From contig JACDNV010000006.1 of NCBI GenBank assembly GCA_017656425.1, positions 42,542 through 106,541 of the forward strand: a DNA stretch of 64,000 nt. The letters run 5' to 3'. Shown piece by piece: positions 17,510 through 28,553 of this stretch. Numbering within the stretch: the first letter of the stretch is position 1; every line of letters starts with the position of its first letter. Below the pieces are notes generated by a model. The model was not told the DNA's origin and did not search any database. It was given only the letters and a program-made list of their open reading frames with translations. The translations under genes and the position numbers were made by a program. This DNA comes from Fidelibacterota bacterium (GTDB lineage: Bacteria; Fidelibacterota; UBA2242; B5-G15).

Positions 17510-18065
17510 TTTTACTACCATCTTTTATTGTATTTTTTATCATTTTTAAAAGCTGGCTACTAATATACACAAATAATATCCCTATAAAATATCCTGCGAA
17601 AACATCAAGAGGATAATGTACCCCGAGGTAAATCCTGCTAAAACCAACCAATAAGATTATAAGAATAAGCAGAATTTTTATAATAAAATTGAAATGAAAA
17701 ATAAATGGTACCGTTAAAGCTGTTACATTTGCTGCATGGTTCGATGGGAAACCATATTTACCACCCCTCTTCCCTCTAACTATCGCAGAAGGATACCCAT
17801 GTGATGGTCTTAATCTTTTTATAGATGGCTTTAATACTCTTGCACAGAAGATGTCTGATAGAGAAACTGATATTATTGTTACTAAGATGGTATATCTAAA
17901 CCTCTTTCCAAATTTTAAAATACCATAAATTATAAAAAACAGCATAACAGGAATCCAGAAAACCGGGTTTGAAAAAACAGGCATAATAAAATCAAAGAAA
18001 GAACTTGATAAGCCTCTATTTATCAGACTAAATAATTTTTTATCTAATAAAATTACTTTACTCAT
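17502..18065 (-). CDS. PAP2-family phosphatase
   Basis: K....R.RP, FPSNHA, SRIYLGVHYPLDV. Confidence 0.92.
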   Translation of the reverse strand: MSKVILLDKKLFSLINRGLSSSFFDFIMPVFSNPVFWIPVMLFFIIYGILKFGKRFRYTILVTIISVSLSDIFCARVLKPSIKRLRPSHGYPSAIVRGKRGGKYGFPSNHAANVTALTVPFIFHFNFIIKILLILIILLVGFSRIYLGVHYPLDVFAGYFIGILFVYISSQLLKMIKNTIKDGSKNG

Positions 18066-18230
18066 AAAAATTAAAATTCCATTGATTTTAAATTATAAAA
18101 TATGACAAAGGAAAACAAACTATTTATTACATATTTAACCCACCAGATAGCTTTTTCACTTTTATTTTATCAAAAACAATTTATATTTTTTCAAGTTGAC
18201 AAACGTTAAAATTTTCAAAAGGAGGAGAAA

Positions 18231-18650
18231 ATGAAATCATATACTAAGTATATCACAGTAAACACCCCCACAAGACGAGCATTTATCAATATAACTCCAG
18301 TGGTTGAAAAAGCTGTTGAAGAAAGCGGTGTGAAAGAAGGACTGTGTCTTATTAATGCGATGCACATCACAGCCAGTGTTTTTATTAACGATGATGAAAG
18401 AGGTTTACATCAGGACTTTGAAAGATGGCTTGAAGGACTTGCTCCCCATGAACCAATAAGTAGATATATGCACAATCGTACAGGGGAAGATAATGGTGAT
18501 GCTCACCTGAAAAGAACAATTATGGGCAGAGAAGTTGTCGTTGCTATAACAAACGGTAAACTCGATTTTGGTCCCTGGGAGCAAATCTTTTATGGTGAAT
18601 TTGATGGCTGTAGACCAAAACGATATTTGATAAAAATAATTGGCGAATAA
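18231..18650 (+). CDS. yjbQ: YjbQ / UPF0047 family protein
   Basis: [30 protein letters not shown]. Confidence 0.92.
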   Translation: MKSYTKYITVNTPTRRAFINITPVVEKAVEESGVKEGLCLINAMHITASVFINDDERGLHQDFERWLEGLAPHEPISRYMHNRTGEDNGDAHLKRTIMGREVVVAITNGKLDFGPWEQIFYGEFDGCRPKRYLIKIIGE

Positions 18651-19641
18651 GTATGAGGCTAAAATGAGTAAAATTAGATTGGGTATTGTAGGCTCAGGTA
18701 TAGTTGTAAAAGAGTTCCACTATCCAGCACTTAAGGAGCTAACAGACTTATTTGAAATAACTGCTGTAACATCTCGAACAAAGAAAAATGCCGTAGCACT
18801 TGCTAAAACGGTAGGCACTGCCCAGGTATTTGATAACATGGAAGAAATGCTCAAATCAGGATTGGTAGATGCTGTTGATCTTGCACTACCTGTTAACTTA
18901 AACTATGAATTCATTAAAAATGCTATCAAATACAACGTTCATGTAATTTGCGAGAAACCAGTAGCCCACAACTTAGAATACGGGGAAAAAATTGTTGAGT
19001 TATCCCAAAAAACAGATAAAGTAATTTATATAGCTGAAAACTATCGGCATTTTAAATCATTTCACAAGGCTAAAGAATTAATCAAACAGGATAAAATTGG
19101 CAATCCATTACACCTGTCATGGATAATCTTTAACGGATTGGATATAAACAACCCATATGCAAAAACTGCTTGGCGCAAGATGCCCAAACACTTAGGTGGA
19201 TTCATCTCCGATGGAGGTGTACACAATGTAGCATCTATGCGATTGATTCTAGGAGAAATAAAAAATGTTAAAGCTATAACTAAAAATATATCAGGCTATC
19301 TCGGTGGATATGACTTCATTACTTCGGTATTTGAATTTGAAAGCGGCGCAACAGGGCATTATACCGTTTTTTATAGTCTAAACAGTGAAGAAGAATTTTT
19401 AATATTTGGCGACAGGGGGACACTGAAAATTGGCTATGATTACCTGCAATTCAATGATGATTTAATCAAATTTCCGGAAGAGACCTTTGAAAATTCCTTT
19501 AATTATGAATTTATAGACTTTTATAAAATCGTAACCGGGCAGAAACCAAATGACCTTGGTTCCCCCATGGAAGCTTTAAAAGACCTTGAGTTTTTTGAAA
19601 AAGCACTGTCAGGTAAAAATAAACAAGAAAGAGAACAATGA
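18640..19641 (+). CDS. Gfo/Idh/MocA family oxidoreductase (alternative start 18664)
   Basis: GIVGSG, HVICEKP, AENYR, DGGVH. Confidence 0.9.
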   Translation: MANKYEAKMSKIRLGIVGSGIVVKEFHYPALKELTDLFEITAVTSRTKKNAVALAKTVGTAQVFDNMEEMLKSGLVDAVDLALPVNLNYEFIKNAIKYNVHVICEKPVAHNLEYGEKIVELSQKTDKVIYIAENYRHFKSFHKAKELIKQDKIGNPLHLSWIIFNGLDINNPYAKTAWRKMPKHLGGFISDGGVHNVASMRLILGEIKNVKAITKNISGYLGGYDFITSVFEFESGATGHYTVFYSLNSEEEFLIFGDRGTLKIGYDYLQFNDDLIKFPEETFENSFNYEFIDFYKIVTGQKPNDLGSPMEALKDLEFFEKALSGKNKQEREQ

Positions 19642-19796
19642 AAAAAATTTATCTCGTACCTATAGTTTTAATTTTCCTCTTAACAAAAACTTCAGCTACC
19701 GAATTTGTAACTGCATATTCAGATGGCATGATGCTAAACTTCAGAGGAATTGAAAAAGTTTTAAAAGATGAAATGAATTTTATAAAAAGGAGTTAA
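19638..19796 (+). pseudogene. 52-aa ORF with a signal peptide; probable internally deleted gene or small secreted peptide
   Basis: [30 protein letters not shown]...; ATGA overlap with the upstream gene. Confidence 0.45.
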
Positions 19797-19801
19797 AAAT
19801 A

Positions 19802-20449
19802 ATGAAAAATTCTCTGTTCACTATTTCCTTAATGTTTTCATTTATTTTAATGTTTACTCTTTGCTCCAGAAACCCGCTAAAAATTGTTGCCTTCGGTGAT
19901 TCAATCACTGCAGGAACATACCTCAATGGGAAAAGCTGGGTTTATCACCTAGATAAGCAAAATGACAAAATCACAGTTGTAAATGCAGGCAGAAATGGTA
20001 GAAAAACCTCAGACAAACATGAATTAATTCCTGTGATTCAAAATAACAAAGACACCGATATTTTTATGATATTCCTCGGAGTAAATGATCTTAAGGATGG
20101 GAATGACTCACTTGTGGAAAATTGTGTAAATAATGTAAGCTGGATGATAGATATGCTAAAGCAATCAATACCCGATGTTAAAATCTATCTTCTATCTCCC
20201 TGCGATATAAACCTTGAAACCATGTCTGAATTAAATAAACAGAAAAAATATAATCAGAACACAAAGAATTCTTTATACAAACTGAATAAAGAATATGAAA
20301 AGCTTGCAAAAAGAAAGAAAGTAGAATTTATCTCGCTGTTAAAATCAGTATCAACGCAAAATTATACCGATGGATTGCATCCAGATTCAAATGGTCAAAC
20401 GGAAATAGCAAATACAATCTGGGAAAGATTAAAATGTTGCGTAAAATAG
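19802..20449 (+). CDS. SGNH/GDSL hydrolase, exported
   Basis: FGDSITAG, NAGRNG, GVND, DGLHP. Confidence 0.9.
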   Translation: MKNSLFTISLMFSFILMFTLCSRNPLKIVAFGDSITAGTYLNGKSWVYHLDKQNDKITVVNAGRNGRKTSDKHELIPVIQNNKDTDIFMIFLGVNDLKDGNDSLVENCVNNVSWMIDMLKQSIPDVKIYLLSPCDINLETMSELNKQKKYNQNTKNSLYKLNKEYEKLAKRKKVEFISLLKSVSTQNYTDGLHPDSNGQTEIANTIWERLKCCVK

Positions 20450-21180
20450 TTGTAATTTCACCTGTATATAACGAAGAGAAGTACTTACTTGAATATTATA
20501 AAGCTATAAGAAAGAATTATTTGGGACCCATCCTGTTCGTTGACGATGGGTCTACAGATTTTTCTTCTAAAATTTTAAAAGAAATATGTAATTTAGACAC
20601 CGACTGCGATTGCATCCGACACCCTTCGAGAAAAGGTTATGGAGCTGCCCTCATAACAGGCTTCAATTATTCTTTAAAAGATAAATTTAACATAGTTGTG
20701 ACAGTTGATGTAGACCTGCAACATGATCCAAAATATCTACCTGTATTTATCGATAAGCTAAATGAATATGATGTTGTACTTGGTTCACGATACCTGCAGA
20801 TAGGAAGCTGTCTTAATATACCCAAAGACAGATTAATAATTAATAGGTATATTTCAAGAGTCCTGGAAATAAAGCTTAATAAAAAATTTTCCGATCCCTT
20901 TTGTGGATTTCGTGGCTATAAAACCAATTTTCTTAAAAATGCTAATTTAAAAGAAAATAGCTACGGTATAGCTCTTGAAATATTATTTGAAATAGTAAGA
21001 CAAAAAGTAAATTATGTGGAAATTCCCATTGAGGCTATTTATCATGATATGAATCGAAAATTCCTTGATGGGCTGGACAATCCCAGAAATAGATTATTGT
21101 ACTATTTAAACATTATACAAAGAAAGCTTGAGGAAATCTATGAAAAGCAGAATAATGATAATAAGTCCACATCCAGATGA
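20434..21180 (+). CDS. GT2 glycosyltransferase (polyprenol-phosphate glycosyltransferase-like)
   Basis: PVYNEE, VDDGSTD, GYGAAL, DVDLQH, DPFCGFRGY. Confidence 0.9.
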   Translation: MLRKIVVISPVYNEEKYLLEYYKAIRKNYLGPILFVDDGSTDFSSKILKEICNLDTDCDCIRHPSRKGYGAALITGFNYSLKDKFNIVVTVDVDLQHDPKYLPVFIDKLNEYDVVLGSRYLQIGSCLNIPKDRLIINRYISRVLEIKLNKKFSDPFCGFRGYKTNFLKNANLKENSYGIALEILFEIVRQKVNYVEIPIEAIYHDMNRKFLDGLDNPRNRLLYYLNIIQRKLEEIYEKQNNDNKSTSR

Positions 21181-21825
21181 TGCCGAACTGGGAATGGGAG
21201 GAAGTATTATTAAATTTATAGATCAGGGGCATGAGGTAATTGTAGTTGATATGACCAGTGGAGAGCCAACCCCCTGTGGCACCCCGAAAAAAGGAAGAAG
21301 GAGACAATGGAAGCTTCAAAGATTCTCGGTCTAAAACGGAGAATCAATCTTGGACTTGAGAACAGGTATCTTATAGACTCTAAAGAAACCAGAATAAAAG
21401 TTGCCGAACAAATAAGAATTTTCAAACCGGATATATTATTTTGCCCTTACTATCAGGACGCACACCCGGATCACATAGCAACCCATTCAATAGTAAAAAG
21501 TGCAAGATTTTACTCAAAATATACCAGAACCGATATGAGTGGTGAACCACATTATGCATCTAATTTAATTTTCTATTTTTGCACTCATCTAAGAATAAAT
21601 CATCCATTCAGTTTCTTGATTGATATTTCAAAATATTTTTCCAAAAAAATAAAATCAGTCGCCTGCTACCGGTCACAATTTATAGAAAATATAAAAAACA
21701 GGGGCATATTCAGGTCAATATCTTCACAAAACAGTTACTGGGGATCTTTAATCAGAGCAAAGTTTGCTGAAGCTTTCTATTCCGAGGAAGCGCTCAAAAT
21801 AGAAGATATTGACACAATCTTATGA
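21140..21825 (+). pseudogene. bshB1: PIG-L family de-N-acetylase, BshB1-like, with a 1-base frameshift near 21286-21292
   Basis: HPDDAELGMGG, GEPTP in one frame; EASKILG, DAHPDH, YRSQF in the next; shift at an A-run. Confidence 0.75.
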
Positions 21826-22835
21826 AGAAAAAACTTCTTAAACCGCCCGATAACGACAAATCAATCTTAATGATCCCTGAATACAATATGATAAAAAACT
21901 GGTTAGCTAACTATGATAGAATAATAACAAGCCATCAGCCATACTTCTTCAATCCAGGTGTCTCACTGAAATTTTTATTTTTAGACCTTATAGAAGCTAA
22001 AAATAAGAAAATTATATTCCTTGACACTGATACAATTAAACTCGTCGTCAAAATACCAATAGATCAAACTAATACAATTGCGTTCACACTGGTAAATAGT
22101 CAGGAAATAATGGATAACTTCAAAACACCTGATATCTCATATATAAAAAAATTCCTGGTGGAAATTGAAGAGATACTTGAAAATCACACAAGTATATATA
22201 ACTTCTATATCAACAATTTTAAAAGATTTAAAAATATATTTATTGAAAATTCAAAAAAATACTCGTTTTTAAAAGATGTCCTTGTCGAATCATTTCTTGA
22301 ATATTACAGGATAAATCTACCTGTAGAATTTTTTAGCAATATAATTAAAAACCCTGGCTACGAAAACTTTACTGAATATATAATAAAAAACCATAATTCC
22401 TTCAGAAAGATTTTTAATGAATCATTAGATATATATAAAAAAGAATACAGGTTCAGATTTAAAAATTTTCCTTATCCAAAGCTTGATGAAAATGAGTTGC
22501 CTTTCTGGATTTTAAAAGGAAATAATAGGCAGAGATGCTTTATAAAGGACATTGATAAAGATGTAATTTTACTACCCAGAAGTGTTCTTATAACAACCTA
22601 CATGAGATTATATATAACAGATATTTTCATCCATGGAACAGGCGGAGCAAATTATGAACCTCTACACGACTGGATCATCACTAAATTCTTCAAATTTTCG
22701 CCTAAACCATACTGCATTATTAGTGGCACCTTCTACATCAGTAATATTCCTTTTCGGGACATACCCTACTTCCTTATTAGTCCCGAAGAAATTAGATCTA
22801 CCCTATCTTCAGTGATAAAGGAATCCAACCACTAA
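21822..22835 (+). CDS. Hypothetical protein, distantly BshC-like
   Basis: TSHQPYFFNPG..LK recalls BshC TGQQ/HQ..LF.GP...K; FIHGTGGANY recalls YVGGPGE..Y; follows bshB1-like gene. Confidence 0.5.
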   Translation: MKKKLLKPPDNDKSILMIPEYNMIKNWLANYDRIITSHQPYFFNPGVSLKFLFLDLIEAKNKKIIFLDTDTIKLVVKIPIDQTNTIAFTLVNSQEIMDNFKTPDISYIKKFLVEIEEILENHTSIYNFYINNFKRFKNIFIENSKKYSFLKDVLVESFLEYYRINLPVEFFSNIIKNPGYENFTEYIIKNHNSFRKIFNESLDIYKKEYRFRFKNFPYPKLDENELPFWILKGNNRQRCFIKDIDKDVILLPRSVLITTYMRLYITDIFIHGTGGANYEPLHDWIITKFFKFSPKPYCIISGTFYISNIPFRDIPYFLISPEEIRSTLSSVIKESNH

Positions 22836-22942
22836 ATAAATAATATCACCGCTTAATAAAATTAAATTGAAGATATAATTCAAATAGGTATAATTAATAA
22901 TCGAATGTGAATTTGATAAAAACTGAATAATTGGAGACTAAC

Positions 22943-23434
22943 ATGAAAAAATATATATGTAAATATTACTTTACCATTACTTCTAACCGTTTTTTATTTT
23001 GCCGAAGAAATAGATGCCATTGTAGCTCACAAGACTGCAGTGGGAATTATACATCTATTCAAGAGGCACTTAACGAAGCTCCTTCAAATACCGATGATTA
23101 TTATGTAATCCTTATTAAAAATGGAATATATGAGGAAAAAATATTCATCGAACGAAGCAAAATTATTTTAATTGGAGAAGGTAGAGAAGGTACTATTATA
23201 ACACAATCTATTGCCAGAGCATACTGGAAGCAGGAACACAATTCTGATTGGGGTGCAGCCACCATTAATATAAAAAAACAAAGAGTATCCACCCTTGTAA
23301 ATAGTTTCCAAAATTCCGGATCATATAAATACATTTTCAATGCGTATAAGAAAAATCTTAATAGTGGCATATACCTTGTATCTATTAACACTGAGATGGG
23401 CACAAAAAGCATTAAAATTCCATTTATAAAATAG
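22943..23434 (+). pseudogene. Internally deleted pectinesterase (CE8) fused to the end of its T9SS C-terminal domain
   Basis: QDCSGNYTSIQEALN...IKNGIYEEK...LIGEGRE..WGAATINI jumps to VSTLVN...SGIYLV...IK; frameshifts in the signal region. Confidence 0.75.
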
Positions 23435-23444
23435 GAGGGGTAAA

Positions 23445-25340
23445 ATGCCAAGGAATCTATCAATCATTTTTATTTTAACTTTTTTCTTAAACCTCCTAGT
23501 TGGGAATGAGATAATCATTCAAGAATATGAAACTGGCTTTTGTTCTGTCGACGGCTCCATTCAGACAAGTGTCCGAGGATATACAGGTGATGGATACGCC
23601 GATACCGATAGAGGCATTGGGAAAAGCGTCAGTTGGAGTGTATATATAACAAAGGCAGGGACGTATTATCTTAAATGGAGATATGGCAATGGCGGTGGCA
23701 GTGGTGATCGTCCGGCCAAGCTACTTATAAATTTGCAAATAGCGATTGATACCGTGAACTTTGCCCATACCGGCACCTGGGATAACTGGACTATATCAGA
23801 TAGCGTAAGTGTAACCTTAACAGAAGGCTACAACAATATAAGACTGGAGGCATACTCCCAAGATGGACTTGCAAATATTGACTACATCTCAATTTCTGGC
23901 GAAGGTGTACAACCAATCGATTGTGTAAATATCTATACATTGAAAGTTAGCCAGAATATTGAAGAAGGTGGTATAGTATCATATGAACCGGTCAGGGATT
24001 ATTATGAAGAAGGGACAATGATCATATTAACTGCTATTCCAAACCCGGGATACTTTTTCCAGAGCTGGTCGGGTGATGTAACTTCTGCTGATAGTATTTT
24101 TTCTTTTAAAATAAACAAAAATGTCACTGTTGAAGCAATTTTTCTGCCTATCGGGACAAAACCCGACCCTGAATTAGTCGGTTATGCGACAGTACAGGAT
24201 GACAATGGTACCCCATACTATACCATCGGAGGCATGTTGGGAGATAGTGTATTTGTCAATAGTATTGATCAACTCGAGTACTATCTATCACACCCTGATC
24301 CCTATATTGTATCATTCTCTGAACATTTTATAGGTGAAGGAGAAATATCTGTATCATCAAACAAAACTATAATAGGTATCGGTGATAATGCACACCTTGA
24401 GGGGATTGGTCTTTCAATAAACAGAGCTCGAAACGTAATTATAAAAAATATAAAGGTCTCCCATGTCCATCCAAAAGATGCGGTTGAAATTAATGGTGCA
24501 TCTAAAAACATCTGGATTCATAAATGCAAATTCTTCTCAGATAGAGAACATGATAAGGATTATTATGATGGTCTGCTTGATATAAAAAACCAGTCATCAT
24601 TCATAACGGTTTCCTGGTGCAAATTCCATGACCACTATAAAACCATTCTTATTAGTTCTGGAGATCAGCAGGTAGCTGATACCTTAATAAGAGTCACTTT
24701 CCACCATAATTATTTTTATAATTGTGAATCAAGACTACCATCGATAAGATTTGGGAAAGCCCATATATTTAATAATTATTATAAAAACTGTGGTACGGCA
24801 ATTAATTCCAGGATGGGTGCATGCGTAAGAATTGAGAGGAATTACTTTTTTAACGTAGGAACAGCTGTAATGATGGCATATAGTCCAAAAAAAGGTACCG
24901 TAGAATTAATAGATAATTATTTTGGAAACAGCAACTATTCTTCAACACCATCATGTCAACTCGAAGTGCCATACGAGTATGAACACATACTCGACAATAC
25001 AGAGGATATTCCAGCTTTAATTGTAGGTGATGTGGCAATTGATGATAATAATACAACCATGTTGAAACAATTAGAATTAAATGCCTACCCGAATCCCTTT
25101 AATAAGAATTTAAAAATAGAATATACTGTTCCTGAACAAATATTTGTAAAAATTGAAATCTATGATATTCTAGGTAGAAAAATTATGGATATCGTTAATG
25201 GAAAAAGGAATGCAGGAAAATATACACATATATGGAATGGTAAGAATTATTATGGCAAAGAAATAGAATCAGGAATTTACTTTATTATTTTAAACACAAA
25301 CAAAAACAAAATCTATAGGAAGGTACTCTTTATAAAATAG
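23445..25340 (+). CDS. Pectate lyase (PL1) with N-terminal CBM35/CBM6-like module and T9SS C-terminal domain
   Basis: SNKTIIG, NVIIKN, IWIH, DGLLD, VTFHHN, SRLPSIRFG.AHIFNNY; YPNPFN CTD. Confidence 0.9.
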   Translation: MPRNLSIIFILTFFLNLLVGNEIIIQEYETGFCSVDGSIQTSVRGYTGDGYADTDRGIGKSVSWSVYITKAGTYYLKWRYGNGGGSGDRPAKLLINLQIAIDTVNFAHTGTWDNWTISDSVSVTLTEGYNNIRLEAYSQDGLANIDYISISGEGVQPIDCVNIYTLKVSQNIEEGGIVSYEPVRDYYEEGTMIILTAIPNPGYFFQSWSGDVTSADSIFSFKINKNVTVEAIFLPIGTKPDPELVGYATVQDDNGTPYYTIGGMLGDSVFVNSIDQLEYYLSHPDPYIVSFSEHFIGEGEISVSSNKTIIGIGDNAHLEGIGLSINRARNVIIKNIKVSHVHPKDAVEINGASKNIWIHKCKFFSDREHDKDYYDGLLDIKNQSSFITVSWCKFHDHYKTILISSGDQQVADTLIRVTFHHNYFYNCESRLPSIRFGKAHIFNNYYKNCGTAINSRMGACVRIERNYFFNVGTAVMMAYSPKKGTVELIDNYFGNSNYSSTPSCQLEVPYEYEHILDNTEDIPALIVGDVAIDDNNTTMLKQLELNAYPNPFNKNLKIEYTVPEQIFVKIEIYDILGRKIMDIVNGKRNAGKYTHIWNGKNYYGKEIESGIYFIILNTNKNKIYRKVLFIK

Positions 25341-25386
25341 CCCTCAAATAATAAAAACATTAATTATAAAAGGGGTCATCGATTAT

Positions 25387-26022
25387 CTATGCCTTTTCTA
25401 AAATTTTAAGAGCTTCTTTACATCTATTCTTAATTATATTCCACTTGTGTGCCGATATATCCTCCTTTTTTGCTATCCAGGTACCGCCCACAGCCAGTAC
25501 AACATTGCAAGACAGATAATCTTTCAAATTACCAGTATTTATGCCACCAGTGGGAATGAATTTAACCCCTGTATGCTTATAGGGAGCTGACATACTTTTT
25601 AAATAATTCACACCACCTGCTACCTCAGCGGGAAAAAACTTTAAAATGTTCAAACCATAACTTAAAGCTAACTCTACATCTGATGGAGTCATAACCCCGG
25701 GCATAAAATTAAATCCCAGCTTCAAAGCTTCCTCCACAACATTTCTGTTTAAACCAGGTGCCACAGCAAAGGAAGCACCACTATCAATTGCCCTCTTTAA
25801 GTTATCCACTGTTAGAACCGTCCCAGCACCAATAATCATCTCTGATCTTTCCCTCTTCAATATTTCAATAACCTTTCCTGCTGCGGCAGTTCTAAAAGTA
25901 ATCTCTATGATTGGCAATCCTCCCTCAATAAGACTATCCGCAAGCGTAAGTGCATCATCTGCATTTTCAATCGCTATCACGGGTACTATTCTGTATTTTT
26001 CAATTTGCTCTTTAATATTCAT
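25387..26022 (-). CDS. eda: KDPG/KHG aldolase
   Basis: EITFRT, GAGTVL, PGVMTPSD, KFFPA, PTGGI. Confidence 0.95.
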   Translation of the reverse strand: MNIKEQIEKYRIVPVIAIENADDALTLADSLIEGGLPIIEITFRTAAAGKVIEILKRERSEMIIGAGTVLTVDNLKRAIDSGASFAVAPGLNRNVVEEALKLGFNFMPGVMTPSDVELALSYGLNILKFFPAEVAGGVNYLKSMSAPYKHTGVKFIPTGGINTGNLKDYLSCNVVLAVGGTWIAKKEDISAHKWNIIKNRCKEALKILEKA

Positions 26023-27017
26023 TTCGCCTCCATTAACTTTTCATATCTTTCAATTTCTTCGTAAAATTTAACAGGTTTTAATTCGCTTAAAAAGTAATTA
26101 TTTCTCGCAAAAAACCTTCTGATATCCTGGCATAAATCGCATTTATCGAGGTATTCATTTTTTGCTTTATAATTGTACTCAGTAGTAGCTGTCCGATACA
26201 GCCCTCTTACACCCTCTTCTAACAGAATATTAACAAGGGGATACTTATTTCTATAAAATCCATAATCTATGTCATTAAAATCTAGCCCAATTCCAGCACA
26301 TAAACCCGGTATATAATTTCCATACAAATCTATATGAAAATGAGTTGTATTTAAAAGTTCTATACAGGGGCCTGATTTTTCAAGTATTTGATTTACTGAA
26401 AAACTTTTCATGTATCTCTTAAAAGTAATCCCTGCTCTACCCAGCATTTTAATCCAGTATCTCTCAGGCAATTTCATTATATAGTCCCTACCATAGAATT
26501 TTTCAAAATCTTGGAGTGAATGTTTTCCATATCCCAATTTCTCAATTTCATAATAAAACTCTATAATCCATGGTAGTATCCTTATACCCACATGATCACA
26601 AGCAATTATTAACTCCCTGACTCTTTCCAGAGGAATATATTCATTATGAAATGGACTTATTGAAATTAGAATTGTATCAACTCCAGTATCTTTTAATCCC
26701 TTTAAGATATCATAATCTCTATCAACTCCCCTAAACCATGATGCATTGGTTTCAACATATTCAACAGAAATCCCCTCCTTCTTTGCAACTTTTAAAACCC
26801 TATACAAACTTTCAGGATTCAAAAAAGGTTCCCCACCTCCAATATGCACATAATTACAACCCAAATCCTTTATTTTTCTAAATACCTTTATTTCCATTTC
26901 AATGGTCATAAAATCTTTCTCTCTAAAAGGAGATGAATTATATAAGCAATGTGCACACTGAGATAAACAGCTGTAATTTGTTATTATGCCACCAGATGTA
27001 AGGTTTTTTATTCTCAT
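26019..27017 (-). CDS. Radical SAM protein
   Basis: CLSQCAHC (CxxxCxxC), GGGEPF, C-terminal CDLC. Confidence 0.85.
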   Translation of the reverse strand: MRIKNLTSGGIITNYSCLSQCAHCLYNSSPFREKDFMTIEMEIKVFRKIKDLGCNYVHIGGGEPFLNPESLYRVLKVAKKEGISVEYVETNASWFRGVDRDYDILKGLKDTGVDTILISISPFHNEYIPLERVRELIIACDHVGIRILPWIIEFYYEIEKLGYGKHSLQDFEKFYGRDYIMKLPERYWIKMLGRAGITFKRYMKSFSVNQILEKSGPCIELLNTTHFHIDLYGNYIPGLCAGIGLDFNDIDYGFYRNKYPLVNILLEEGVRGLYRTATTEYNYKAKNEYLDKCDLCQDIRRFFARNNYFLSELKPVKFYEEIERYEKLMEAK

Positions 27018-27185
27018 AAATACTCAGAATTTCAAAGAGAAATTTAATTTAATAGTCATAAAAGTAAGAAATAACATACTTAATATATTTTTATAGTGAC
27101 AAAAACAATACATTTCGATAAATTCATCAGATTAATTTTATTTTTAAAGTTGAAAATAGAAAAATTGCAAAAAAGGAGGTGAAAA

Positions 27186-28523
27186 ATGTCAGTTAATGTT
27201 GTAATAGGAAAGGAAGAATATTTTAAAGGTATTAAAAAGATCCAATACGAGGGACCCGATTCTAAAAATCCATTAGCATTTAAATACTATGATGAGAACA
27301 GGGTTGTTGCTGGTAAACCAATGAAAGACCATTTCAAATTTGCTATTGCCTATTGGCATTCATTCTGCGGGCAGGGACTTGACATGTTCGGAGCTCCAAC
27401 CAAAGATCTTCCATGGAACCAGGCTTCCAGTCCAATGGAAGCAGCTAAAAAGAAACTTGATGCTGCGTTTGAATTCATTACAAAGCTCGGTGTGCATTAC
27501 TATTGTTTCCATGATCGGGACCTGGCTCCTGAGGGAGAAAACTTGAAAGAAACAGAAAAAAATCTTAAGGAAATGGTTAAAATAGCAAAGGAAAAGCAGG
27601 AAGCCTCTGGTGTAAAACTTCTCTGGGGTACGGCAAATCTTTTTAGCCACCCGAGATATATGAATGGAGCCGCAACTAATCCCGATTTTCGCGTAGTAGC
27701 CCATGCAGCATCACAAGTACAAATGGCAATTGACGCAACAATAGAACTCGATGGCGAAAATTATGTCTTCTGGGGTGGTAGAGAAGGCTATGATACACTT
27801 CATAATACCGACATCAAAAGAGAACTCGACCATCTTGCAATTTTTCTCCAGAAAGTAAGGGATTATGGGCGCACAGCTGGTTTCAAAGGACACTTTCTAA
27901 TAGAACCAAAACCAAAAGAACCAACAAAACACCAATACGACTATGATGTGTCAACTGTCATTGGATTTATTAAACAAAATGGCCTCGAAAAAGATTTTAG
28001 ATTAAACATTGAAAACAATCACGCAACCCTTGCAATGCATACATTTACCCATGAAGTACTTCTTGCCTGTGAACATGATCTTCTTGGTGGACTCGATATA
28101 AACCAGGGCGACCTATTCCTGGGTTGGGATACCGATGAATTCCTGCATGATTTATATCAGGCTACAGAATTAATGCTTATACTATTACAGCACGGTGGAA
28201 TGAAAGTGGGTGGTATGAATTTCGATGCTAAAACAAGAAGAAACTCAACTGACCTTGAAGACCTGTTTATCGCTCATATCTCATCGATGGATACCCTTGC
28301 AAGAGGACTTTTAATCGCTAATGAAATCCTTGAGAAATCAGACTATCTAAAAATGAGAAAAGAGAGATATGCAAGCTTTGATTCTGGCGATGGTGCAAAA
28401 TTTGAAAAAGGTGAACTCAGCCTACCAGAGATCGCAAAACTGGCTTATGAATATGGCGAGCCTGAACTAATAAGCGGGAAACAGGAGCTGTTCGAGGCTT
28501 TAATAAACATGTATATTAAATAG
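27186..28523 (+). CDS. xylA: Xylose isomerase
   Basis: AYWHSF, FHDRD, FWGGREGY, IEPKPKEPTKHQYD, GWDTDEF. Confidence 0.97.
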   Translation: MSVNVVIGKEEYFKGIKKIQYEGPDSKNPLAFKYYDENRVVAGKPMKDHFKFAIAYWHSFCGQGLDMFGAPTKDLPWNQASSPMEAAKKKLDAAFEFITKLGVHYYCFHDRDLAPEGENLKETEKNLKEMVKIAKEKQEASGVKLLWGTANLFSHPRYMNGAATNPDFRVVAHAASQVQMAIDATIELDGENYVFWGGREGYDTLHNTDIKRELDHLAIFLQKVRDYGRTAGFKGHFLIEPKPKEPTKHQYDYDVSTVIGFIKQNGLEKDFRLNIENNHATLAMHTFTHEVLLACEHDLLGGLDINQGDLFLGWDTDEFLHDLYQATELMLILLQHGGMKVGGMNFDAKTRRNSTDLEDLFIAHISSMDTLARGLLIANEILEKSDYLKMRKERYASFDSGDGAKFEKGELSLPEIAKLAYEYGEPELISGKQELFEALINMYIK

Positions 28524-28553
28524 GATCACCCTTAAAAAATATAGGGGGTTAAA

